The notes beneath the pieces were generated by a model. The model was given only the letters and a program-made list of their open reading frames with translations. It made no database searches and was not told the DNA's origin. From Lepidodermella squamata (taxonomy: Eukaryota; Animalia; Gastrotricha): a stretch of DNA of 64,000 nt. Shown in pieces: positions 50,530-60,619 of the stretch; the first letter of the stretch is position 1; every line of letters starts with the position of its first letter. The stretch is taken from NCBI GenBank assembly GCA_047495785.1, contig JBLDXI010000013.1:4216001-4280000 (forward strand). Reading direction: 5' to 3'. Both the position numbers and the translations under genes were made by a program.

Positions 50530-53485
50530 TCAAGAAGTGTGACGGTCGAGAACTCGTTGCGTAAATAAAATCTGTTGAGCCCACCCGGCATATGGGCCCC
50601 ATAAATCGCGGAAAAACTGTGAGATTTCCTGGTACATAGCCGGGGTTACCGTGACCTTTTGATTCGATTTCCCTCCCTTTTTCGCTGATGTTAAACACGG
50701 TATTGAGTAGAGTTTGTTCGCAACTTGAAAAACGTGAGTATCGATCGGGACGGCTTCAAATTTGGCTAGGCCAACTAGACTGACGCAATCGGCTACTTTT
50801 CGACCAACGCCTTGAAGTTCTTGAAGCTTCGAGAATGCGACAGAGTACGGGACGTTTCGGTCTTTCAGTTCTTCGAGCCATTTTTCACCGCCTAGGTCTT
50901 CGAGTTGTTGCGCGGTTTTAACGATAAAGCCAGCTCGGTAGCCAAAGCCATGGGCCCTCAATGCTTTTTCCACTCCTAAAAAAACAGTCACAAATAATAT
51001 ATATGAATTTTGTTTTACAATAATATCGATATTGATAGCTAGAGCCTGAGCAATATTATCTCTATCTGCTTTTTTTAAACAGAGACTATCCAAGGCCAGC
51101 TTTCGCTAATTCTTCAAGACGCTGCCACGCCATTTAGGCGGATGTGCAGAAATTAATGGACTTGAAAACATTGGCATTAGCGGGATCATCTATGTTCATC
51201 TATGTAACGGCCAATTATTCCCGAATATGATATGGCAGATGCCAGGAAGTAATTACAAGATTCGCATAGTCTCTCGCTACTTTTATAAGCCTTGAAGTTG
51301 CAATTTATGTTCTTCTTTTGAAGTAGCTGATAACAAAACTTTTTAAAATCACTCTGACGAACTTATCTTATACCTAAGATGAATCAAGAATACATTTTTA
51401 TCAATTTAATCGTTCGGGTTCGGCTGAAATGATTCCGCTGATCTTTTTTAATATATTTCTGCGAGAAGCTCAAACTTGAGCAAAGCAACACCGAAAGTGT
51501 GGTCCAGCAGCTTGGAGCAACTGTCGAATGGCTGAAGACCCTGGTAGATGGTTATCCACAGCGCGTCGGTATTCTGGAGTATTTGAAATCTATACAATAT
51601 CCCTTCAAAATGCAGCTGCGTGGCTACGACGATGAATGCGACGGCCTGGATGTTTTCGCTGAACAAGATATTCAAAATGAATAATTATCATCGTCTTTTG
51701 CTTTACTTCGACCGTTCGACTGAGTGAAAAGTTGATGTTTTGTTGTAGTACGCCATGAAACCAGCGGTTTGGCCCTTTTTGTACGACATCGTATAAGAAA
51801 AAAGTGATTGGCTATGAAATGTCATTTGAAGATTGATAAAGTCAAGCTCTTTTCCCGTGAAACATGAAATCACAAATTATTGCAGCTCGGCCCAACTAAA
51901 TCCGACTATTTCTAGAGGAGCAAATCTCAGGTTTCGCTACATCCTGCGCCCGTTTTTCATGAAGATTTGGAATTTAAACTTTTTAGATAAAATGAATAAA
52001 ATAAGGGATCAATTATTCTCGCGTTGGAAATTCTTAGTGGGCCTTAGTGGATCTCTTTCGCTTTGTCGAAATTAACGACCAACGATCCATGAGCCACCGT
52101 GACCCGTGACTATAGTTCTACACTTCGGGTTCGGTTAAAATGATTCCACTGGCCTTTTTCCATCTATTTCTTCATCATGCGCCTTTTGATCACTTCACCT
52201 ACTTTAAAAAAATAACTGACGATTCTAAATTTAGCGCCATTGTTTTACATTTTACATTCCACTACACTCTGAACTGTACCAACACCTGGGATGTGGTTAT
52301 ACCGTTCCGAACACATCCTACTTTTACACACTTCTCCGTTAATCAAAAAATTGTGTGGCAACAAAGTCAAAATTTTGTAAACACCATATATGACACTCTC
52401 CAGGACGACGACGGAACTAAAATTCTAGGTCTAGATTGATCTCGAGCGGCTGAGCCGGCGGCGCCCGTGGTGGGATGCCAGGAGCGACACATCGAACGCG
52501 ACGAAGAATGCAAATACGCGATTCTTTGCCCATATTGCGCATAGCAAATCACATCGTACCTTCCACGAAAGCCGAAATCCGCGACAATAGAAAGACAACT
52601 AATGAATCGCAGCACTTGTCCATCAATCCGCAAATTCAGACTAATGATCAAGTACTACAGAGTACCAGTGTAGGCACTTCAAGAGGTAATCGACAAATGT
52701 GGAGCTTGGAGATTCTGTTTTTCTTCTATTTATTTTTCTAATTTATTTACTGTGGACTCAAAATTGCATATTTATTCAAGTATCGGAAACCTCATTATAC
52801 TCTTCAGCACAAACTTTAATGTTGAGGTACCCCTACCATTTCCCAACCCTTCGATATCTATCTCACAGATTAGCCAAAATGAAAAGCAATTCTCACCTTC
52901 ACCGATCAATGCTGACGGTTTCGGAAATGTGAAATAGTCGACGTCTTCGATAGTTCCAATTTTCTCACCATACAACGTCGCAAGACTGTTGACCATTTTG
53001 GAAATCCTCGGTATGTTATTATTCGACGAGCAGATGTAAGAAAACAAAGCTTCAAGAGGCGGTACAGCTAACACTCGGGCGCCATTCGTATTGAGCGATT
53101 CGGCAGCTAAATTCACGTCGTTTTTCGCCCATTCTTTAAGGAGGCTAGCATAATCAACGTGAAGATTGAAATAAGATCGCAGAAATTTGGCTGGGTCGAA
53201 ATTTACAGGGTCTTGAACGAGAGACGACCTGGCTGTTATCAGAATGGAATTGTCAATCTGAACAAGATCGAAAATGAATTTATCGACCACGCCTCGCCAT
53301 ATCGTTGAAGATTCGCGAGAGATTTTATTCCATCGAAACGCTTGACCGGCTGGGAGGACCCTGTCAAGGGATAAAATCGACGGCGGGCAGTCTCTGATTT
53401 CTCCTGTGAAAATGTGTAGCTCAGGCTTTTTCAACAGCTTCGCTTCTATTTTACTGCAAACATTCGCCGCAATTTTTCTCTTCAT
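50530..53485 (-). CDS. OGG1: 8-oxoguanine DNA glycosylase/AP lyase; 2 exons (53485-52897, 50975-50530)
   Basis: LDRVLPAGQAFRW, FSYICSSNNNIPRISKMV, LRAHGFGYRAGFI, HhH-GPD LQGVGRKVADCV (catalytic K), VPIDTHV (catalytic D), WGPYAGWAQQILF; GTGAGA..TTTAG intron keeps the frame. Confidence 0.96.
51430..51690 (+). mobile_element. Possible MULE-like transposase C-terminal remnant in the OGG1 intron
   Basis: IYFCEKLKLEQSNTESVVQQLG..LKTLVDGY..ILEYLKSI resembles the I.F...LK.EQ...LEYL..I tail of MULE-type transposases (recognised from memory). Confidence 0.45.
52400..52720 (+). mobile_element. Possible LINE ORF2 C-terminal Cys-rich remnant in the OGG1 intron
   Basis: GCQERHIERDEECKYAILCPYCA*QITSYLPRKPK..QLMN, interrupted by stops; resembles the IEDE.H.IL.CP.Y motif at LINE C-termini. 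Confidence 0.45.
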
Positions 53486-53754
53486 TTCTCTTATTAGCAA
53501 AGAATACTAGAGTCAAAACAAAACAGCAAATGTGAAAGTAATATCGTTTTTTATTGTTGAATTGATTCCTACGAATTGATGATAAACAATGGAACTGGAT
53601 AATCGGCATACATAGACAACGAGCTCTACAGTCGGTGCGCGAAATAACCGAAACGCCAATTTAGTAGTATTACACTTCTCGGCCTATGGGTGAATTTCAT
53701 CATCAGCATCATCAAAAATCGCAACATTTAGGTAAAAACATCGAGTTCTTGTTT

Positions 53755-56282
53755 CTAGTAACCACCACCCCTCGGAGATAGCAGCTTCGAGCAATGCGCC
53801 GAGTCTGGGAACAGTTCGTGGTAGGTAGGCATTGGAACGTATCCGGCGGTGATGGTTTTGCCGCCGAACCACCGACCGTGGAGGGCATTCACCGCGGCAT
53901 TCGCAGCTGCCACTGACGGACATTTGCAGTAGACGTTGCCCTGCGAGTTCGGGTCGACGAAGATGTGTAACACGCCGCCGTGTTTGTTGCACTCATCGAT
54001 GACATCGTCGCGAATTTCGATATCCCAGCCTGGCTCGGTTTCGCTAAAATAACGGAAAATAAAGTCATTATACTTCAAACTTTCTAGAAAAATTCAATTA
54101 TGAGAGGGGAATATGCTTAGATGATTTATCAAGGACATAATTTAGGTCAGATGACAATTGTGATAAAAACAGGCATAACTTACTTTTGAGGATCGAACAT
54201 ATTAGTTAGCATGAAACAAGGCGTAGCGATAGGAGGCGCAGCAGCTGCTGCAGTTTGTTGAATACCAGGCGGTAACTGATTTAGCACATTTTGGGCAGAT
54301 TTCGGCAACTCCATTCCCGTACCCTCGGCCAATTTAGCCATCAACTGAATTCGACCGCGAGCACCAAGTCCAATACCGGTTCGATCGATTTCGTCGTTGT
54401 CAAGCGACGGTCCCATTGAAATGTCACTGGAACCGACTGGGCCAACCGCTGAGGCAATACCTCGTTCGGTTACGTAAGTCACCTTCAAATTTCGACCAGC
54501 AACTTCGAAACCGTTCATTTGCTGCATAGCTTTTTGCGCAGATTCTCCAGTTCGAAACTAAGAATAAAAAATTATTACATTATGAAGTTCATTTTTCAGA
54601 GACTTACAGTAACAAAGCCGTATCCTCTCGATTTACCCAGATCATCAATGACAATATTGAGGTGTTCAACTGTTCCGAACGGTTCCATAATTGACCGCAG
54701 CATGTTTTCGTTAATATTAGGATGCAGATTGCCAATGTACAGCTTGACGTGTTGGGACAACGCAGTGCCGTAAGTGCTCAAATGGGCGTTTTTAATGGCA
54801 GCTGTCGATGCCGCGTTCATAGCTGCTAAACGATTTTTCTCTGCCATAGAGGGTTGAACGACAATAGGAATGCCTAGTAACTTCTTGCCGGCAAAACTCA
54901 AGGCAGCCGTGGCTTGTTTCGGCTCTTCGAACTCAACATAGGCAAGACCTTTGGACTTTCCGGTTTTGAAGTCTGTGATCAGTTTCACGTCGTGAACTTT
55001 TCCGACTGGGGCGAAGAAATCGATGAGATCCCGCCGCCGGCATCTCGCGGCCAACTGCATGCAGAATACGGTGCGAGCATCGCGCTCTTCAGCGGATAAG
55101 TCTTCACGGGGTGGTTTTGGTGAGGGCGAACGGCCCCCGCCGCCACCGCTGCTCGGTGGCTTGTTCAAGCTGGACTTCGGTGCATACAGACGCCCCATGG
55201 ATGAGATTTTCTCAGAATCAGCACCTCGCCGATCATAGTCGCGGTCAAACCGTTCTTTTTCTCGCCCTTTGTCTCTCGTATCGCGGTCGCGATCTTTATC
55301 CCGGCCATTTTTCGAGCTTCGGTCGGTTGGGGAGCGTGATCGAGATCGGTGTTTTCGAGACCTGAAAAGCAAAACAGCTAAGATTATTGACTAGTCGACA
55401 AACGAAAGCCCGTTTTTCAATAAAGGTCGCGCAAAAAACGTGAGGAAATACTCGCGAATCAGCCTAGGTCACACTAAAAAAGATAAATATCAATCAATTG
55501 AAAATGACTGCAGCAGTCATGTCGGTTCCAGCGTCGTAGAGTGTAAAGCGAATCGACCGGATAGAGCAGCGCTCAATGCAATCTATAATTCTTTCAAAAT
55601 CGACAACAGCCTTGTGGCCGTTGCCTAGGCGAAAGAATACATGCTCTTACCAGATTTAACGAGGTTCATTTGAGTGCGATGATGGTTGCTATGAGGTTTA
55701 AAGATCCTAATAGTCGACACGAAAAGTGAATTTGGGTGATATGTTTAAAAAACTGGGACAAGAAGCATACTGTCAGATTATTCAACGGCAATTTGCGATC
55801 TGAAAAGAAACGGCACAGCGTTTAGGTTCAATCACTGAAACTGAATTCAATATCCGCAGCACCATAGTGCCAACTTTACCATGTGTCGTCGAGCGGTGTC
55901 TTGGTGACAGTCAGGAAGCACGAATTCGACAAAATCGATAGGAATTGATGTTCGCATTCACCCTTACATTTAGCAAAATCAGAATGCATATGCCGGTTCA
56001 AATAATGACCCCCAAAAATTATTGTTTAAAAGAGTTTAAGCGACATTATACGTTTGTCAGAAAAGTATGCAAGGAATGCAAGAATGACCATTTATGATCT
56101 AGTAATAACGTGAAACATACTTTCTATCGCGATCTTTGTCTCCATCTGACGACATTACGGTGATGGGCTGCAATAAAACACGTTCGTTACACACAATTCT
56201 GCATTAAAAGCTCAAATCTCACCATTTTGTCGTTACGGTAAGCAGCTTCCAAAAGAGCGTGAACATCATCGTCGTCCGCCAT
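53755..56282 (-). CDS. RBM39: RNA-binding protein 39 (CAPER; RS, RRM1, RRM2, UHM); multi-exon, ATG at 56282
   Basis: MADDDDVHALLEAAY, EERDARTVFCMQLA, VQPSMAEKNR, LYIGNLHPNI, GRIQLMAKLAEGTG, IATPCFMLTNMFDP, ALHGRWFGGKTITA. Confidence 0.97.
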
Positions 56283-57521
56283 TGTTATTTTGAATTAATC
56301 ACTATGTTAAGTAGAGCAATTCATAATAAGAAAATATTTTCAATTTGCCAGACATGGACTCGTGCCACGAAACAACTTTTCCGGATTATTAACTCCAAAA
56401 TGAGCCTCCTGAACTTCCAGAATCAGTGATCAGTGTTCCGTACAAAAAACAAGGGAGCAAACTTTTGCAACGAACAATCACCGAGCAGGGTTCGCATAAC
56501 GCGATAACAAGTTGCAGCAATATGAAGAGTACTATACGGTCGCATGGGGCACATCCTCTTGTACTATTCCTTACAAGCACATCCTCGGCAAAATATGCAA
56601 CCTCTGACAGCCGATCGCCGCTGGAGATAAAAAGAAACGGCAACAGGCAACATGCCAAAATAACGTCTAGCGAAAAGCGAATCTAATTTTGTTTCTGCAT
56701 TTCGTATTTTTACGTTCTGGGCTAAAAGCAGTGTGAATCTGTTCTACTCCCGGTCTAGGAAGGTCTGATGTCTGATGATAATAATGATGGCGTTTACGTC
56801 ATCCATGAGGGTTTTGCTGGTTTCGAAGTGGAGGCTGGAGGCAACAATTCGCAATTCGGGCAGTTAAAAGTCACCATCCATTGTTATTGCGTATTGCGGT
56901 CGCGTATAGTCGCTAGGCGCTAGATCGTTGATATCGTCTAGATCAGGGATAACGAAAACGAAACCCGAAAAACCAATTTATTCTGAAATCTTTAGGGATA
57001 AGGGACAGGTCTAAAAACGGAGAAGGTAAGGAACCTCTGAAAAAACTCGAGAAAAAACTGACGCAAAAATCCTCTTCATAAATAGTTTTGAACTTTAAAT
57101 ATAATTATAAAATGGAAATAATTTAATAATAAATAGCTAATGCTGTTTTCTCTCCCGGATATTAATTATAACAAAATGCGGGGTATCAAAAGCAATTTTC
57201 AGAAAGCGAAAAGGGGCCTAGTTTCGCAATTTTTCCGGAGTTCGCGGGTCATATCTGTCCACTGCCCTTCCTCTTTCCCCCTCCCACGTAGTTTTAATAC
57301 ATAGGCCTTACTGGTAGCCTACATCACTACATCAAATTTACTAGACCATTTTTCATGGCTCACGGAAAAGGGTGAAGTTTTCACTTAATTTTTAATTTAC
57401 AACCCACGCAGACGTATATTATATTAATCATCACTATGATTGCTGCCGTTTCCCCATGACATGACAATTCATTATTTTCTTTGGCGTTGTCTAATGATAG
57501 GTCTCTGCGTTTCTTGTAATA

Positions 57522-58214
57522 ATGGACGACAAAGATCTGGACGAGCTACTTGATGAGATAAATTCTTTCCCTTCCAAAAGCGCTACTCGGAGACATGGCA
57601 GTACTGATCAAGATCTGGATAATTTTTTGGGCGACTTGTGCGCGGAGATGGACGATTCTTTGAAGAAAACAGCTGAAGTCAAGCTTTCTCTTGGAGTTAC
57701 TCCTTCTCCGCGGATTGTAACTTCTGCGTCTCAGAGGTTAATTTCGTGCTTAGTGCATGTCAGGAATTTTTAATTCATGTGGTTTAGATGCTATCCGGTG
57801 TTTCTGGGCACTCCAAACCATTCTTCTGGTTTAAGCAATTTCAGCGCATCCAGGTATGCTTCATTTTATATTACTGTGCGAAGTTAAATGTTCATTATTG
57901 AACTAGGTGCTGCGATCGGTTGCGCTGTACTGAATGCGATTTTGCTGTGTCCAACTTCGACAATGTTATCTGGGCTGATTCAACCACATATTTATTTTTG
58001 AGAAATAATATGCCAGATATTAAAAAACTTGGTTCTCAATTGATATCAAAAGCAGGTAGGTCTAAAGGCCACAGATGGACAGAATATTCTTATATTGTCT
58101 TCATTCATAGGATCTAGAGCTTACGCTTGCCAATGTAAATTTTATAATGCCTCCGATTTGATCGAAGTTTCATCGCTGCAATCATTCCGATGGGTCTGTG
58201 GTAAACATTGCTAA
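57522..58214 (+). CDS. CFAP418: Cilia- and flagella-associated protein 418 (C8orf37); 4 exons
   Basis: MDDKDLDELLDEI N-terminus; spliced RCYPVFLG..RCCDRLRCTECDF..YLFLRNNMPD..RAYACQC..RWVCGKHC*. Confidence 0.93.
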
Positions 58215-58578
58215 ACCTTGGACTTGCTACTGATCTCTTCTTTTAATAATATTGATACAAAAATTTACATCTTGTGATATTGAAGTCAATTTTCATAGCT
58301 GGTTTTGTTGTGATTTCATGTGCTGCGTTATGCATTATGAATTGCGTAATGTTTAGTTTGCGCCTGTATATTGCTCATTTTTGAATGTAACACGTTAGAT
58401 GTTCACTTGAAGCAGCATGATCTCATCGAGATAATTGAAAATTTACGTTGGATATATTTATTAATTGTTTCAGTTTGATCTCTTTGAATGTGATACTGGC
58501 CGCTTAGCTGTATGTTGTTCATGGATACAACGAGTTTCATAATCCTATTTCTATTTCTATTTATTTTAGATTATAATT

Positions 58579-59010
58579 ATGTCTGGTAAATCAGAAATAC
58601 TTGCACTTGACCCATCGACAGAGCTGAGGTTTAAAGGGCCATTAATCGACGTGGTAACTACCCAGTTGAAGCTGATTAATTTCACCGATCGTCCTGCTTT
58701 ATTTAAAATTAAAACTACCACGCCCAAGTCTTATTTGATCAAACCTAATTTGGGAACAATCGCAGCCGGTCAAAACGCCGTCGTAGCCGTCATTTTTCAG
58801 CCATTCCAAGACAATCCGGAAGACCAACCGAAGGACAAGATCTTGGTGCAGAGTATGTTCGCTCCCGATGGTAATTACGATGAGGAAAAGATTTGGAAAG
58901 ACGCCAAGTCGGACGACATTGTCGCCGTGCGGCTACGATGTACTTTCGACGTGTCGGCGGGAGCATCCGCCGCCTCTGCCCATTCTGCCTCGCAAACTCT
59001 CGGCTCATAG
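58579..59010 (+). CDS. Truncated VAP paralogue: MSP domain only (143 aa), no coiled coil or TM; either a functional gene or a young pseudogene
   Basis: Intact ORF colinear with the downstream VAP without indels; TAG replaces TCG at codon 144. Confidence 0.65.
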   Translation: MSGKSEILALDPSTELRFKGPLIDVVTTQLKLINFTDRPALFKIKTTTPKSYLIKPNLGTIAAGQNAVVAVIFQPFQDNPEDQPKDKILVQSMFAPDGNYDEEKIWKDAKSDDIVAVRLRCTFDVSAGASAASAHSASQTLGS

Positions 59011-59024
59011 TCGGCTGCGGATTT

Positions 59025-59100
59025 GAAGCTTACGCTTGCCAACATAAACTTGATAATGCCACTGATTTTATCATTCCGATGGGTCTGGGATAAACATACC
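59025..59100 (+). pseudogene. Decayed copy of the CFAP418 last exon
   Basis: Aligns to 58117-58214 with deletions and substitutions that destroy ACQC...WVCGKHC. Confidence 0.85.
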
Positions 59101-59366
59101 TTGGAATTGCTACTGATCTCTTCTTTTATGACATTGATACAAACTTGCACCCTGTGATATTGAAGTTAATTTTCTAACTGGCTTTGTTGTGATTTCCTGT
59201 GCTGCGTTATGCAATATGAATTAATTAATGTTTAGTCTACGCCTGTATTTTGCTCATTTTTGAATGTAATACTGGCCGCTGAGCTGTATGGTGTTAATGG
59301 ATACAACGAGTTTCATAATCCTTAATATCTTTATATATTTGCTTTAGACATATTGTGGTTATAATT

Positions 59367-60619
59367 ATGTCTGGTAAATCAGAAATTCTTGCACTTGACC
59401 CAGCGACGGAGCTGAGGTTTAAAGGGCCATTTATCGATGTGGTAACTACCCAGTTGAAGCTGACAAATTCCACCGATCGCCCTGCCCTATTCAAAATTAA
59501 AACCACCGCACCCAAGTCTTACTGTGTTAGACCTAATTCGGGAACAATCGCAGCCGGTCAAAGCGCCGTCGTAGCCGTCATGTTGCAACCATTCGAATAC
59601 AATCCGGAAGACAAGCCGAAGCACAAATTCATGGTGCAGAGCATGTTCGCCCCCGATGGTAATTACGACGCGGAGAAAATCTGGAAAGACGCCAAGTCGG
59701 ACGACATAGTCGACGTGCGGCTACGATGCGCTTTCGACGTGTCAGCGGGCGCCGCCGCTGCCTCTGCCCTGTCCGCCTCGCAACCTCTCGGCTCGTCGTC
59801 GGGTGCGGCGTCAGGCCTGCAATCCGGTTCTCTTTCACAAAGCACTGGCCAATCCACGCTGCAAGGCGCCGCGTCTTGGTACGCCGCAGATAGCAGCGCC
59901 GACTCTCAGGGTCATGTTAAACAGGTTTATTCAACTCAAACCGCAGAATTTCTAGTATGCAACACTTTTTCGTTTCGTTTGCAGGCGATAGCTGCTGATG
60001 GTTCCGATTCGAAAGTTTTCGATGAAAATCGGCGTCTTGTATCAGAAATTAACTCCCTTCGCAAAGAGCTCGAAGCAGCTAAGGTAAGCGTTGTGACAAA
60101 TTTTGGGTTTCCATGCCAAATTTCAGTTGTGATAGTAAATTGTTTAGGGTAATATTCTACTGATTGGCCTTGTTAAAATTTAGGCGCTTATCTTTGATTG
60201 AAATCTTATTTATCAGCTGAATTCTCGAGAAATCGGTATTTACATTATTAGCCGGAATCTTTGATATTTTATTAAGGAGGATTTAAATTTTTCCGATAAA
60301 TTGTATTGAAGATTTCATGATTTTTCTGTCAAATTCAAGTGATGTTTTAGAATAATTTTTAGACGAATTTATATGATGATTTCTGGTTTTCATGAATTGT
60401 TTTCATTTTTAGGAGGAACGTGCTCGTTTGCGTCATGCAACTCTCTTAGATACTGTCCGGCAACCACAAGGCGCGACCATCAAGTCCTCGGTATCCCCTT
60501 TACACCCGGCGAACGGACAGGTTGATACTATTCAAAGTTTGCTGCAGTCGCCTCTCGCCCTGGCTCTCTTCGTATTCGTTTTCGTCGTCGGTGTCGGGGT
60601 CGGGAAGTTGTTCATGTAA
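59367..60619 (+). CDS. VAPA: VAMP-associated protein (MSP, coiled coil, TM). Exons ~59367-59924, 59985-60083, 60413-60619
   Basis: FKIKTTAPKSYCVRPNSG VAP consensus, KHKFMVQSM, coiled coil ENRRLVSEINSLRKELE, C-terminal TM ending GVGVGKLFM. Confidence 0.95.

Larger units (their letters stand above)
58117..59810 (+). repeat. Tandem duplication (copy 1 ~58117-59024, copy 2 ~59025-59810) covering the CFAP418 last exon, the spacer and the VAP MSP-coding region
   Basis: AGCTTACGCTTGCCAA..ATAATGCC..TCATTCCGATGGGTCTG..CTACTGATCTCTTCTTTTA..ATACTGGCCGCT..ATAATTATGTCTGGTAAATCAGAA occurs twice; the CFAP418 portion of copy 2 carries deletions. Confidence 0.95.

Noticed and set aside
56389-56900. Coding-like sequence between RBM39 and CFAP418
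   Set aside because: Interrupted by stops with no motif I can assign; possibly decayed TE.
57448-57460. X-box upstream of CFAP418
   Set aside because: The match (GTTTCCCCATGAC) is too degenerate to support, even though the gene is ciliary.
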